The notes below the pieces were generated by a model. The model had not been told where the DNA came from. It ran no database searches and worked only from the letters and a program-made list of their open reading frames with translations. The translations under genes and the position numbers were made by a program. This document shows, piece after piece, positions 48,031 through 62,660 of a stretch of DNA of 64,000 nt (position 1 is the first letter of the stretch; every line of letters starts with the position of its first letter). The DNA comes from Takakia lepidozioides (taxonomy: Eukaryota > Plantae > Bryophyta): contig CM060732.1 of the NCBI GenBank assembly GCA_030704615.1, positions 57,102,001 to 57,166,000 on the forward strand. Direction: 5' to 3'.

Positions 48031-51000
48031 GCTCAAAAACCTGGGCTGTACTGTATTGTTTCCCACATTATGGGGAACTAGCAGTTTGTCTTAAATGTGT
48101 CAACGTGGCCAAAGTGTGGCCCAGCGCATAAAAATAGTCATGATGTTGAAAACAAGGGTCAACGTGAAGACCCGGCTAATATTTGTGAGTCAGGGAGGAT
48201 GGCACGAGGCGAGGATGGACCCGTACGCCGCGTAAGGACGCACTTTATGAAGTGAAATCTTGTGAGCCGTCCGATCAAGAGAATCTCAGCCATTAAAGTG
48301 AAAAATCCCTGTTTCCTTACATAGGGTGGGGTCGGGGCTTCCTGAAACTCTGGTCCTAAAAGGCAGTGGGCTACCGCCTCGTGCCGGGCCCGCAATGCCG
48401 CATTTTAGGATGGCCCCCGCCTAACTACCCTAACTAATCCAGCCAACTGGTATCCCACTAAACGCAAACTGCAGTTAGTAGCAGCTTGGTTAGGAGAAGT
48501 TATTTGGTTCAGTAAAATTAACTAACCTTGTTCCGATTACTACTTAGACAGTGTGTTTTTCTTCATATTTCTAAAATCGCTGGCGGGGCCACCTGTGAAT
48601 TCTACCCGGTGCCCATGTGGCGAGAATATCGAGGTACCATAGTTAGAAAAGTGGCTATATTATAGGTGTCACGTTTTAACCGGTCCACGTCGGCAAGATT
48701 AGGCCCCTGAAATTTATCTGCTACTGCTTTTTGGCAGATTTTATCCCCCATAATTCCTTTGTACAAGTAGCTGACGTAGTTTCCAGGTCGAAATTTGGCG
48801 ATTTTTCGCCAGAAAGAAAAACACTGCTACTAGATGTGGCTCTTATTGATACTCCTAATTTCCCCAAATAAAAGAAGAAAGAAATTTTTGTTCATAGGCT
48901 ACGACACTAAATTTGTTAAAAACGCCCCTCAACACGCGTATAATAGTGGGCTAAATTTGGCCACCCATCATCCCAATGCTGAATTGTGACAAATATGAAC
49001 CCCTGGTACATGCCCTTCGCCAACACGGATGGAACACAGCTCCCTTGACCATTACTACTTGCTGGTGTTAGAGGAGCCGCACATAACCACAACGTCCACA
49101 TCTTACCCCCTAAACACATCACCCTCCTTCAATGCTATTGCACGGTGTGACAATTCTGGTTTCTTTGGAGCCCAAGAGTCCGGTAGAGGGACCGGCATAA
49201 TTAAGAGCCACTTTGCCTTGCTGCTACTGTCCCTTTGGGGGGCGGCCCCTCTCCATAGAGCCCACTTCTGAAAAGGGGCAGTAACTCACCCGGATGGGAA
49301 AGAGGCTCTTAGCCCTAGCTCCGCTGGAGTCATATATATATTGGATTTTTCTCCCAAAGTTAGCACACATGTCAGCGTCAATGGGGGATTGTGAACCAAA
49401 AACACAAAATAAATAAGAGATAATCTATCCCTAATATATACCTATCTTCATTAGACAGAATCTTATTAGAAAAAAAAATTGCTTGAAGCTTTGAAACACT
49501 CTCCTTCATGGGGCCAACCACATTGTCACATCTGAGAACATTAAGAGCTTATGTGGCTTATCATGTAGGTTTTGCCAATGGATTATGTTAGGAAGTGCCA
49601 CTGTCGATTTGGTATGCAGATTCTGCATACCAAATTGGTAATGGCCATGGAATGCAAAGCGAATGCTGAGATCTAGAGCTTCCCTGGCGGCCTAGGGCTG
49701 ATTCTCCCGGGCGCGACCAACCCTTGGGTCACCCAAGGCGGGCTTGCCTCACATAGGCAGCCGTTATCCAGTAAAGAAGGTCCCGATCAAACAAAATTGA
49801 CCACAAGAACATAGAACAGATTGAAAAGGAGGCGGCCCAGTGTGTGCTGTAAGTGCCAGAATCGCCAAGATGGAAACTATTGCGTCTAATGGAGCCAGCG
49901 TACACAAATGACAAATGGACGTAAAGACCCGGCCAGGATTTTTTAGTTAGAGAGGATGGCGCCTTAGGCGAAGGACTTTTCACGTCGGGTGAGCATGGCA
50001 CCTTACGCCGCATAAGGTTCCTCCTCTCCTCGAAAGGAAGGCACCTCACGTCGCCGCATAAGGTTCCTGCTATTGTGAACCGTCAGATCGAGATGATTCC
50101 AGCCATCCATGGTTAAAAAATCCTGTCTGTTTCTTTACGCCGGGTAAGGCCCTAGGATGGGGCCTTCCTGAAATAAGGGCCCGCCACGAAAATCCCGCCT
50201 GTTTCTTTACGCCCAGTAAGGCCCTCAGATGGGGCCTTACCATATACTTTGGCCTATGTGTGCGCACTTACGTTACTAACTATGCGGGTAAGCACAACCT
50301 GATATGTGTTGTAACACAATCTTATCTTTACGAAAAAAAATGTTATCATAACGAACTGGCTCTTGGCCAAACTTGCATTGTTTCCATCTACTCGGGAAAG
50401 GGGGAGAGAGAGAAGACTCCGGTCCTCCAGTCGAAGTCAGCGTTTCGGAACTAGGTAACTCAGTCTAGACCAGAAATAATCTGCCCGCATAATTCTCAGG
50501 TAACTTAGTTGGGATCATTGATTAAAAATGATATTGTTTTTGTCAAACAGTACTAACCTGTAGTGGTTGAAGGATGCTTGTTACTACATTACACAAAAAA
50601 TACATCTTTGTCTAGTGATTACATAATCTAACTCTTGGACTTTAACCTCCAAGTTGTGTCCAAGGGGTACGCCAAACAAAGGTTTTTGAGAATAAACCAT
50701 CCCAGCCTACAGGGCTCTAAAACTAATGGCTAGAATTAGGAGCTTATGTAAAATCACCATTTTGTTGTCCTCTTATCATGGTAAATCAAGTTACACCAAC
50801 TTCATAACATGAAAGAATGACGTGGCCTTGGTGAAACCTATTTACATATCTGTAATATAAAATTTACTTTTTTTATATTTTTATATTTTAAAATTTGGTA
50901 AAAAAAAGGGTCTGTATGAGTTTCAGACTGCGAATGTGACCCGAGATTTGCCAGGTTGCAATTTGAACAGAATTACGAAAAGGAAGGAACGATTTAAAAA

Positions 51001-51563
51001 TCTAGACCAAGTTTTCGGTGTTCTCGATGGTCGGATTCCGATCCGACGATTCAGGAGCGTCGATGGTGGGCCAGAAGAGCCGTCTCTGCCGATGCGAGGG
51101 AGTTGATAAGAGGGGCGGGCATGGTGGGTCGGTCCACTGCGACGGCGATCCCTCACGGCAGCGTGGAAGGGATCAGCCCCATGGGTAAGTAGATCTGTCA
51201 GCCTTTTGAGCACGCGCTCTTGTGCAATCATGCCTGCATTCTTATCATTGTTTTCTTCCGCAATAGTCAGCAACACCTTGTCTTGATCCCTCTGTCTTCT
51301 TCTTTCTGCCACTGCTTTCTGACAACTATAGTTGCATATACATGTGCAACTGTCTCGTTGTCTCTCGAAGTACATATGCATAGATCCCTGGTTCTCAAGG
51401 CGGGTTTGAACCAGTGAGAACCTGGTTTGAACTCTGAACTTACACATAGACGTGATCCGTGACGGTTGCAGGACTGTGAGGCAGGAGAAGTTGATCGGGA
51501 AACTGAGTTGGGAGATTAGTGCCACTGTCAGAGCAGTCACAGTTTTGAGGCACTTGTACAATA

Positions 51564-52448
51564 ATGGCAGAGAGGAGCAGGCGACACCATAGGCCGGGGT
51601 CTTTCGACATGTCTGGACGGTTCGATGACCATCGCTCAAGCGAGGTGCCGGCCCCCACGTTTCTGGGTCGGTCCATCTCTGTGGGAGTCTCCAGCTTTGG
51701 GCGCGAGCTCTTTCCCATGTTTAGAAGGCAGAACTCAGCTATGGGTGGCAATCGAGAGGATGGCGGGCGCTTCGCTCGTGAATCCTACATGCTATCAAGA
51801 GGGGAGTCGGCCTCCTCCAACCTTTTGGGTATGGGTGCAGGCGCTTCCTTTGGCCAATTTGATGGGGATCAATCAAAGGCCAGGCGACCCCCGAGGTCCA
51901 GATCATGGAGGGAACCATTGTCCGTTTGGCAGTCTTTTGGCAGCCGGAGGGCAGGTCCTTCGAAATGGAAGGTGGAGATACATGCTGGGGAGGTAAAAAA
52001 AGGGCCAGGTCCCAGAGATCGGGTAAGGCAGGGTGGGCTTTGGGAGGTTGGTGAAAATGCGGAGTACAAGCCTCCCATTTGGAAGAAGCTATTGAGAAAG
52101 CTAAGGGCCCACACTAAGCACGTCCATCCAACGCCGGTACGCGAGTGTTGGAACTATGATGCTCAAAGTTACGAGAAGAATTTTGACGATGGGGGTTGGA
52201 GGGACTCCTCAATTTATCGATCTTATTCTGAAGGTGACGACTTGGATGCTAGAGGGAGGGCCCTCCATACTGCACTCCTGCAGAAGTTTGCCTCAAGCAG
52301 ATCTGGAGGATCGAGTCTAACTACCCTCACTTCATTGCCCCCTCCTTCTCCAGTCCGGCCTTCGAAGAAAAATGAGCAGTCAGTCCCTATCTGGAAGAGG
52401 CGTTCCGTGGTGCCTCCATTGCATCTGCAGCTCGAAAAAGCCAAGTAA
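51564..52448 (+). CDS. Intronless plant-specific uncharacterised protein (YD-x-x-SY-x-x-NFDDG family)
   Basis: 294-aa ORF with PIWKKLLRKLR...YDAQSYEKNFDDG, a motif common to a family of uncharacterised land-plant proteins. Confidence 0.75.
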   Translation: MAERSRRHHRPGSFDMSGRFDDHRSSEVPAPTFLGRSISVGVSSFGRELFPMFRRQNSAMGGNREDGGRFARESYMLSRGESASSNLLGMGAGASFGQFDGDQSKARRPPRSRSWREPLSVWQSFGSRRAGPSKWKVEIHAGEVKKGPGPRDRVRQGGLWEVGENAEYKPPIWKKLLRKLRAHTKHVHPTPVRECWNYDAQSYEKNFDDGGWRDSSIYRSYSEGDDLDARGRALHTALLQKFASSRSGGSSLTTLTSLPPPSPVRPSKKNEQSVPIWKRRSVVPPLHLQLEKAK

Positions 52449-55400
52449 GAGTAGGGTCTTCTATCGTCATAAAGATAGTGCCCAATTCACTCACCTTACT
52501 TGTTTGTGTCTCTTCCAGTGGGGACGGGGACCTGGTTGCTTCAAGTAATTGCTGAAACGTTTCAGTATCCGAGAGTCAAGTGGTTGGACTCCGCACCTGG
52601 GGGATGAGGCAACATCATGTTGAAGAGGGGCGCCTGTAAAGTTCGGAGGAATGTGTGTGGCCCTTAGAGTCATTGTGATGTACTGGCCCTGCGTGTTAGC
52701 CCATCCAAGATTCTGTGCGGCAGGATGTGGTCATGGGGAATGGCTACGATGGCCGTTTTGAATCTGGATCTAATTAGGATCAACCAAGGACTGAAAGCAT
52801 GAGATGAAATTCCACAAGAAGCGGTTGCGGCATGTGCGATGTGGTCATGTTGCATGCCAAATATGGATCACCGTCGAGGTGTTCTTTAAGACCTCCGTCC
52901 CTTCTGTAGGTAATTTACGGTACTTATTATAGTGGTAAAACCCATAGTGAGGATTCTTGAAGCTGTGTGCTTGTAACATAAAGGGGTTGCACCTCTGGCC
53001 TTTCTTGTTTTAGCCACTGGAAGATGCTAGAGTAATGAAAAGAAGGATCTTTTACAGATTAGTGCTGTGAAAGCTGTGGTGGACACTTGGATTTAGGATT
53101 ATAGACATTTTTTAGCGACCGGGAGGTCTGGGAGTAGCCCTTTCCAATGTGTTGTACAATAGTTGACCCATTTTTTGCCATGGGTTGTTCATGCCTATGG
53201 GGCTGCCACTAATGCATGGCCTCAGGCCTGCCTTCTTTCGCACTTCTTCCTGGGAGCTGACTTTTGTGTGTTCTTTGGAGTAGTATCCTTGCTGCCAACA
53301 AGAAAGAAGACCACAGAAGGTGTAATAGTACAACAATACTTGTGGAAATTGGTGACTATCTGTGAACAGCTGTGCAATAGAAATTGTAACCCTTTGGTAC
53401 AATGTTAGTACCGGGGGACCCTGGGGCTTTACCTCTAAATTGAAGTTGGCTTCTCTCTGTACCATATAAGCATCAAACTAAACTATTGAATCACCCTGGC
53501 TTTCATACCACATGAGGGTCGCAGCCTTTCACTTTGACGTGTCCAACTGAGGGAAAAGAGATGGCTAGATGGAGGAACTGAGGGCCAAGAATTTGCCACA
53601 GCTTATGATGAGAGGGTTTTTTGCCTCATATCTCAGTAGGGCACTTTTTTTGTCTTCAGAAACTGTAACAGCTTAGGTGTCCCATGATGGCAGAAGGGGC
53701 TCAATTCTGGAAGAAAACCCTTTGATTGTGAGCTATACAAAGGGACAAGGAATGATACTGTTGGGTGTGTAGTCCTGAGGACTTGTTGACAAGCTTGGGT
53801 ATGAAGAGGAGAAGAAAAAAATTTGTTGGTGCCCCTTTGACAGCCCACAAAGGCAATGGAGGAGGAATTTTCCAGTGCAAACCAGAGCTCTGGTGGCAGG
53901 AGTGCTACAAATGAGAGGGACAATGACTCACATGGTTGCTCTTGGTATGTTTGAGAGAGTTTGTGAATATGCATTTGCATTCCCTGCCAGGGTTTCAATT
54001 AAGGTATGCTTAGCATGTCATGACATAAATTGGGCCTTCGTTGACATTGTTAATAGATGAATGTTGATGAGGAAACATGACTTAGAGATTTGTCCAGTTT
54101 TCAGCAGAGCCTCCTCTTTACTTGCGGGCATTCACCACCACCTTCTCACCCTTTTCTCAACATTTTATTTGTAAAGAGCACATCCCTACAATGACCATCC
54201 AAAATTCAGTAATTGAATGAATCCCAGTGTTTCCTTTAGAATGTCACTCATGGGATGCAGCCATGACTGATAAATACACAATTATGTTGTGCACATCCAT
54301 GGTGTAGGAAATGGGAGGAAGTACACGCTATACTGAATTGTAAGATTTCCCCCTTCTCCTTGCTTTCTCCATGTCTGCTGGTGGTCTGAATGTTGGATAC
54401 TGTGAGGGACTCAATGGGTTATTGGTTTTGAAAATCTATGGCTTAGGGGGTCGTGATCTGTTGCCTCTCCCAATCCTGCTGTAGTACAGTTTATGTTTAC
54501 TTTCCGTACCCTTACCTTCAGGTCTGCTTTGTTTACAGCTTGCAACAGGGTGCTAACATCAATCTGCACCAGTCTTGTACACCTTTCATATATCTGTTCG
54601 TTTAAGTGTTCCTTGTCCTGTTTGTATGTAGACACAGATAATCTCAGATTGGACTCGTGGCAGTCTTCAATGGCGACTGTAGCACACACAATCCTGACAC
54701 TCCCCCTGAGCTTGGAAGACTCACACCCTCAAACACTTCAACTTCGTGATCGAGGTGGAGGGATGGGATCTAGGGGATGAAATGATTGGGCAGTTGAGTT
54801 TAGATTCAGTGTTCAAGACAAGAGATGCTTAATGGCAGCTCATTGTCATGTTCGTGCTGCTGGCAGGCCAGCTTTTGTCTCTATGAAGGTCCCATTATCT
54901 AATTGTTTTTCAGGGGCCTTATTGACGGTCCTTTCAAATTGATGCTCTGTAATAAGGACAATTTGGGGTTATGAACACTGTATTTTTCACAGGATTCTCT
55001 TCTTTGGATTGAAGGATCGCACTGGACATGCAGCAGACATTGTGCACTCCTTCCGCTTGCTTCCTTTCTGGTAGCGGTGTTATGCAATTCCATAGCAAAA
55101 ACCTGGTGGTCCACTTTTATAATCCCTCCCCTGGTCCTCTGTCTGACTGCAACACTCCATTCAAATCAAATGGGAAATGAAACCCTGTTAGTACACAGTT
55201 GAAAGCGCTAGGGAAGAATTGTTATTGCGTGTGCAGAAATGTTGGCATTGACCTTGAGATGTGCATGTGGCAGTAATTCCCTGAATTTGGAATCTTAAAT
55301 TCTGTTTTAGGCAGGAAGGTGGGTTTGGGCCTTGGAATCACATGTTTTGCATCACAGGGGTAAGACGATGAGGTAGCGTACTTCGATTATCATCACTGTT

Positions 55401-57474
55401 TTCCAATTTCAATGGAGGGCAGCAAAGAACAGCAGATGAAGGAAGGAGACAACAGGGACTCAAGATTTTGGACTGGGGGGGGGGGGGGGGGGAGTGTGGG
55501 CACAATGGGTGAGGGTGAATATCAAAGGCCAATGTCTCTTTGGGCATCCCGGGGCTGAATAGATGTCTTCCATTTGTTCTTGATCAGGACGCCTTCATTG
55601 CCCTCGTCTCACGTCCACTTCTCCTCCTCTCCCGGTCTCTTCCCCTATATTGTGCAACGTGTGCGCAGAGTCCATGGGCAGAAGGCTTTTGAAAGCAAGT
55701 GTCCTCTGGAGAGCTCTCCTTGTAGGTACTCCTGCTTCTCGGAGCCATTAGCTCTGGGTTTGGATTTCTGAGCGAATTCACACCAAACTAGTTCTAGTCA
55801 AAAGATTCATATATAGGGGTTTCGGAAGTCGTAAAAGCAACCTGTGTGCAAAGGTGGCTGTACTAGAGTAAGCCGTCCAAAGTTGCCTCTCTCTGATGTA
55901 CACTGGTTCCTCTTCCCTTCTTCCCCTTACTAACTACTTTGAAACAGTGGATCATGTGATCCATTTCCACAACGCTGTGCACAGAAAGCAATTGTTCGTG
56001 ATGCAGAGTATCATTGGTTTTCGATCCTCAATCCTGCAGGCAGTGTCTGTCGACTGTTTCCAGTGCTCATTGTGACATACTCCTGATGGAAGGCACATGG
56101 ATGGAGTGGATCTTTCGCTTCTTGTGTGTCATCTATATGTTGCATGTGTCCTAAAGGTCAGAAGTGTATGGTCCCTTCGATATGGAGCTGCTATTACTCT
56201 CAGTGATCAACTAGATTACTCTTCAGTCAGAGGTAATTATCATCACTACGTACATCCAGGCCTCTCTCGTGGTATGGTGGGGTTGTATAGTACAGAAGAA
56301 ACATGATCATCAATATAACCTTGTGGTTGTAGGCAAGCTGTTTGTAGATCTCGGGTAGATCTAGCGAAAGCCAACACGAACATTTTATCAATAGATCTGG
56401 AGCATGAATGGGCTGTGACGTAGGATATGGTAAACCACGGCTTTGTAGTACATTCCCTGTTACAGCTCATTCCTGACAGACCTACCCATTGGTTTTGTGT
56501 AATTATACAAAGGTCGATGCTGAACTATTGCATGATCAGGCTCAAAGCTACCTGACAGAAAAACACTGTGGGTTTTCCAGTGGAGTGATCGTCTTTAATA
56601 GTGGTGGACCTGGAAGACACAGGTACCTATTGTGACGAAAACACGGTATGATTTTCCGTCAATACACCCACCAAAAAGCTTCTTGGCAGACCTTGAAATA
56701 GAAGCTATCGGGAAGTACTCTAACCATCTAAGGAACATGGATTTCTAAGTACTGATCTAATTACTCGAAAAGTGACTCCCGAAGTCTTGACTCTGCATGT
56801 TGGCAACAAGCTGATCGGTTTAGAAGATGAGATGCAAACTAAGTAGGCTGGAAATCATCGCCTCATAAACTAGTTGTGTCCATCAAGTGATCATGAAACG
56901 ACATAGAAGATCGTGGGCATGATCGTCTGAAATCATGCTGAGTGAATTGCATCGAGTGAATTGCAAGTTGCCCTATCTTTCAGAATACATCATCGAGGCT
57001 CTGGAGTCCTTCTGTATCATCGTCCGTGTGGTCTTGTGCCCACAATTTTCTACAGATATGCCAACGTGTTCTCGTTTTGAGATTCACATCGAGTGACACC
57101 CACCGGGGCAAAATCTAGTTATGGGCAGAGCGGCGCCGTACGCGTGGGCTGGTCAGAGCCGGTTGCCATGGAGAACGGGCACGAGAGAAATGGGATGGTT
57201 CCCGAGCGGAGCTGAAGATTGAGACCGGCAGCGTCGATCCCGTGGGACCTCTACCGGTAGTTTGTGTCCGTCAGTGAAGAGTTCGTGGAAAATGTTGACG
57301 TATATGATATGCTGCGAACTTGTAATTTTAGGGAGAGAGATAGGGCGAGGGTGGATCTTCAAGCGATTTTAAGGCTATGTGATGAGTTCGGGTTTATGAG
57401 ATCTGTACAGTACTTGGAGGTGAGAAAGGCGAATCTGCTCACCTATCCAAATTTGAGGTTAAGAACTGAACATT

Positions 57475-59902
57475 ATGTCGCGCCAGTGGTGCAGGAAGTC
57501 AGAAATTGAGAAGTGGCCATGGAAGTCTGAGACCATGGACTCTCCAGCGGCTGGATACAAGTCAGTTTTGGCTACAGAGGTTCTGGCAAAAGTGTTTCTA
57601 TTGGTATTGATAAACGCTGTCTTCTTGCTTTCGGTGCTGCACATACTTCATTCGAGAGGCACATTTCAAAGGCATGGAAGTACTGGAGATTGCATCGATG
57701 ATGCGCCACCAGCTATCAGCGTGCGTCAGGCATTCCTGATTCCAAACGACATCAAATTGAACGAGGTAATCGTGTAGTGATAATCCATCATTCAGACTCA
57801 ACCGTCTTGTCATGTCCATATTTCAGCTGGGATTAAATATTGCACAATACACAATAGAACCCTGCCACGGATCTGATTGCTCTTGGTGCGCGGTTGACAT
57901 TCACATGGGGAATAGAAATGTAATAGTTCTATGTATATATAACACCGTCAGCGAAAGACTCACTTATGTCGATTGAATTGAAGCGTACTTCTTCAGAAAC
58001 AAGCTTGCACAAGGCTAGAACTTCGCTCAAACCCATTATGTCAAACTGTGGTTTTGATGAAACTTCTCCTCTCCAGAATACGGAGAACCAGAGCAGCTCT
58101 GACAACATGCGACGCTTTGAAACATACGGTGTTGCGGTCCATTTGTTTATAAAGATGTCAGCATACAGAAGTGGGGGGAAAACGTTTGCAATTGTGGGTC
58201 TAGAAGCCAAGGAGGCTATGGAGCTTTATGAAGACCCCCCGTATAAGTGTGAGTGGATTCCTGCTGTCGGATCGGCAAACCGATCACCTGTCAAGGGTGC
58301 CGCTTTCAAGATATATCCAGATGTGGGCAATGTGTATAGTCGGCTATACGCAGCGGTTGTCATCAACTGCACCTTTGAAGAAGATGTTGGAATGGACAAG
58401 AAAGGGGGCCAGCTTGTTTTGTACGCCAGCTATGGAGAAGCATTTCCCAGAGAGCCTGAGCGCATTGTTGCCCTCACAGAAGCTGCAGGCACTTTCAACG
58501 GCCCCAGCGAGTATGAATCAGCCTCCGTTGTATACGACTACATCTACTGCGGGTCCCCATTGTTTGGAAACCTGAGCCCGCAACGGATTCGAGAATGGCT
58601 GGCCTATCATGCTCACTTCTTTGGTACCCGTTCGCACTTCTTCTTGTACGATGCAGGTGGAATACATGACGATGTAAGGCGGGTACTGGATCCTTGGATA
58701 GCAGCAGGGCGGGTCACGCTGGACAACATACGAGAGCAAGAAAAGTACGATGGGTACTACCACAACCAATTCATGGTGGTGAACGACTGCTTCCATCGCG
58801 CACGGCATCTGTCCCGTTGGTTGTTCTACTTCGACGTAGATGAGTACTTGTGGATGCCGCCCAGTAGTGGCCCTTTGGCTTCAGTACTCGCAAACTACGA
58901 AGATCAAACACAGATCATCTTCCCCCAAGCTCCCATCTCCCGGAGTATTTGTCTATCAGCCGACAATACTGGCAATGCCAATTACGCAAGGTAATCATCT
59001 GAACACGTACTTGATTCTGATCGGTCCAATGTGGATCATGGATACCAAGGGACTAGATTTCTCTGATGTCACCTATCAGTCGGATACAAATTTATAATTA
59101 TAACCATCTCTAGTAGCTGTTGTCTAAGTAGTATGCACTATGTGCCAACTTGCCTACATAGATCTGACGCCCACCCACGCCCACAGATAGACAACAGGCG
59201 ATGATCACATAGATTTTGCGACAACATAAACCAGTTGCCGGCTATTATATATATAGGAAATTCGGTGGGTCGAGTAATCTACTCTCTTCTCACACCCATT
59301 TGGCTATCTAGAGCAGAGGACGGGGGAAGTAGGCAATGAGAAAGAAAGAGAGTTTGTGAAGTCCATTGGAGCATGTTGATGGCCTGGAGTCATATGTAGA
59401 TATTCATTCATGTATTCACGTACCTGCATGTTAATATTATGTGTGTTATCGACCTCGTAAACTACTAACGAAGTACGGGACCACATGTAACGTCTCTCTC
59501 TCGCAAGCCCCTAACAAATGTCCTCATGAATCTGACTCCAGCAAATGGATATTCGAGAAACTTGTCTTCCGCAGCGTCAGGAAAAGGGAGAAGTGGGATA
59601 GAAAATACGCCATCCAGGCCACAAAGGCTTTGGCTGTAGGCATCCACCGTTCAGTGCACCTGATAGGAGAAAATGCGACCGCTTTCGGGGATCCCATAAC
59701 CTACTTCCATTATCATAATACAATTAACAGGAGAGAAGAGGTCTGCCGGGAGTTCGTCCATCCCACAAAGAGAGACGGCATCTACACGAATCCAAAGAAC
59801 AAGGAGGATACGTACGTTTATGACAACAGTATGGAGGCACTTGCGGAGCAAATCAAAGAGTTTGAGCGGGATGCCATAGGCTGGCAGCCTTTCCTTCTGT
59901 AG
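57475..59902 (+). CDS. Galactan beta-1,4-galactosyltransferase, GT92/DUF23 family (GALS-like)
   Basis: YDYIYCGSPLFGNLSPQRIREWLAYH, HFFLYDAGG, YYHNQFMVVNDC, FDVDEY, RKYAIQA, YFHYHNTI. Intron 58991-59541 joins in frame. The hydrophobic anchor lies in the 57475-57765 exon; 5' exon structure is uncertain. Confidence 0.92.
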
Positions 59903-60703
59903 GATCTCAGATCGTTTTGTATGCATTGGATGAGTAGCTTGAGGACGATAGTACATGAACTCTACGATGTAAGGACCCATTTTATGTATGTTATAAACTA
60001 TATACACTGAAACCGCACCCCAACAGAATTATAGAATCAGTTCTTGTGGTTTTTTCGCCCTCCTGATGGGATGGTCATACACATGTTAGCAATCACCAGT
60101 CGGTGACCTGTAATTAGAAAACGTGGTAAGTGACATCCATTCGCTTAACTTCTGAATCACCATACCAGTCTTTGCATGTTGATGACTTGATACCTTCTTT
60201 CATACATAGCATCCAAGAGATGGCCCAATGGTTAGGCACAAGGCCGCACGCCTTCCAAGTGGTCGTGTGTTGAACGCCAGATAGGTGTACATTGGATGTC
60301 AAGAGTCAAGACCCATTATGGCCAACCCAGAAAGATATGACTCTGGCTGTAGCCGTGTAACCGGAGTAACTAAAGAGCCACTTTGCCTTGCGGCTATGGC
60401 CAACTTTGGAGTCTTTGGGGAGCTATTGGTGAGGGTTGGGCAACCGCGTAGTTGCGGCCATTACTGCTAATAACATGTACAACTTCCAGAAAGAAGGACG
60501 TAGCCTTTGGGAAAAGTCTTCCTCTTCTTCATACAATTCTATAGGATGAGAGCTATTATGCACTATCAGAGTTTTGAGTGCAACAAACTTAGTAGGAAGG
60601 TCGATTGTACATATTGGTCAATTCTACAGTCATCAACGCATGGTTTGCATACCTCAAGTTGCTAATCCAAGTTCTAGCAATTCCAAATGAAAAGGGTCAG
60701 AAC

Positions 60704-61677
60704 TACCGTATACCAAACAGGCCGCAGGTCGCAGCATATATATATATATCTTTTGTTTTAGCAGGCCTCTGACCTAGCTTGTTAGGCAATAATTAATTCA
60801 AAATCAGGTGCCTAACTAATTTTAGAAAATTCTTGGAAAATGTGCCTAAAACTTTGAAAAATTTCCTCAGAAGTGCCTAATTGCTCGAAAATGATGAAAA
60901 ACACCAAAATGTGGAAAACAAATGCTTAAATTGTATTATTTAAAGTCCCAAAAATGGCAAAAATTATAATTTCATGTCCACACAACTTCCAAAGGGCCCT
61001 CCATTGATGCAACTACACCTTCATAAGTATCTCATGTGAATCTCTTGAATCCGAGAGAATGTTAAGATAAGGAACATCATCATCCTTGATATACATGATT
61101 GCAAGACATCGGGTGATGCTCTCAATGACACTTCCATCAAGGTAGACATCCGGAACATCCTTCATGATAAGATCTCCTCCCACTTGGGTGTCTAGGTTTG
61201 AAAACAAATTGGCTCTCATTGCCTCACTCTGAAAGGCATCTTGAAATACTCGTAAAGTTCCACAAAATCATCTCCGGTTGGCACTTCACCTCCACGTAAG
61301 ACTCATACAACCAACAAACAGTTGGAAAGGTTTAGGGTTTAGTACATGCAGCCTTCACTGTAGCCATTCTTCAAACATTATTTTCTTTTTAAAAAAAAAA
61401 TCTTAACAATTGTTTTTGAGGGTCAAAAACTATTGTTGACGTAATATCTATTTTCAAGACCATTATGTTTTTTCTAAGAGAAAATTACCTCAACAATAGC
61501 TTTTGAGGGAGGTAAAAACCAATTGATCACTATTATCTAGGGTCGACTGTTCATGCCTAATGTTTGAAAATTACCTAGGTGAGGTGCTTACATAATAAAA
61601 ACGAATCTGCCTAATAATATTCCATTTTTATTAATTGTTAGGCGCGGAAGTGCCTAATAAACTAGGTCAGTACGGTA
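60704..61677. mobile_element. Tc1/mariner-like MITE remnant
   Basis: Inverted repeats at 60769-60788 and 61651-61670 (18/20), outer TACCGTA (60704) / TACGGTA (61671), internal GTGCCTAA repeats. The left TIR is interrupted by ~58 bp. Confidence 0.55.
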
Positions 61678-62429
61678 TTCCACACTTTTTGAGTCGCACA
61701 TAGAATCAAAAAATAAACACTAAAAATTCCTAGGATCAGATGTTTCCAAACATATCTTGCAAGACTTTTGTCTATTTTAAGGACATTTCCACGGCCAGCG
61801 CCAGACCTGGCCTGACTGACACTAACTTGTTTTGCCAAAAATATGATTTGCGCAATGAGACACTGCTAGCCCTAAAACACATGTACCAAAACTACATCTA
61901 AAATCCATACGATCTGCTACATGCATAACAGGGTTTGTTGGAAAGCTCTAAACTTGGCTAATTGCATACCAAGTCTGCAATGGAGCCTCTTCTTCCTTCA
62001 GCAGCTCATCCACGCTTTTTAGCTGCTCGTAACCGACGTGAGTCTATCTTCTTCCCCTAATTGTAGCTGTCTTTTTTATCCACTTTCAGATGTATGATAA
62101 ATAACATGACATTGATCACTAAGCAAACTGACTCACATCAAAAACCAGTGAGATGTGACTTAGACTCTGAATATGTCTAGTCCAATTGAAATAGCATAAT
62201 CGACAGTCTATGCATAGAATATATGTAAAATCATGCATTATATCACTTTGGATGTCCCACATGTTTGGATCGTTGGCATAGCAATAAAAGTACGAATATT
62301 GTACAGCCCACCATGATGGGTAAAATCGGCTCTATATCTTGGAAATAGGACCGCTCTGTCAAACAGGCTAAGTCCTGGCAGAAGAGAGTAGAAGAGATTC
62401 TCATGGATCTGAATTTGGATCCGGCGCAT

Positions 62430-62660
62430 GAAGTTAGACAGAAAACTTCCCTTCACTTGTTTCCAGTCTGACTTAGAGGCTGTAGTGTCCAAAGCCATGT
62501 CTGTTGCCATTAAATTGTCTGATGAAAATGAGTTAGGCAGAAAACTTCCCTTCACTAGTTTTCAGTCTGACTTAGAGGCTGTAGTGTCCAAAGCCATGTG
62601 TGTTGCCATGAAGTTGTCTGATGAAAATGAAGTTAAGCATAACACTTCCCTTCACTTGCA
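62430..62660. repeat. ~99-bp tandem repeat, ~2.3 copies
   Basis: CTTCCCTTCACT recurs at 62446, 62545 and 62645, with near-identical intervening sequence. Confidence 0.9.

Noticed and set aside
49190-49240. Short match to 60360-60410 (AAGAGCCACTTTGCCTTG)
   Set aside because: Probably a dispersed repeat fragment; too short to define an element.
50923-51639. 238-aa minus-strand ORF
   Set aside because: It overlaps the promoter and 5' end of the better-supported plus-strand gene at 51564 and has no recognisable motifs.
61331-61343. Telomere-like TTTAGGGTTTAG
   Set aside because: Fewer than two full repeats; expected by chance.
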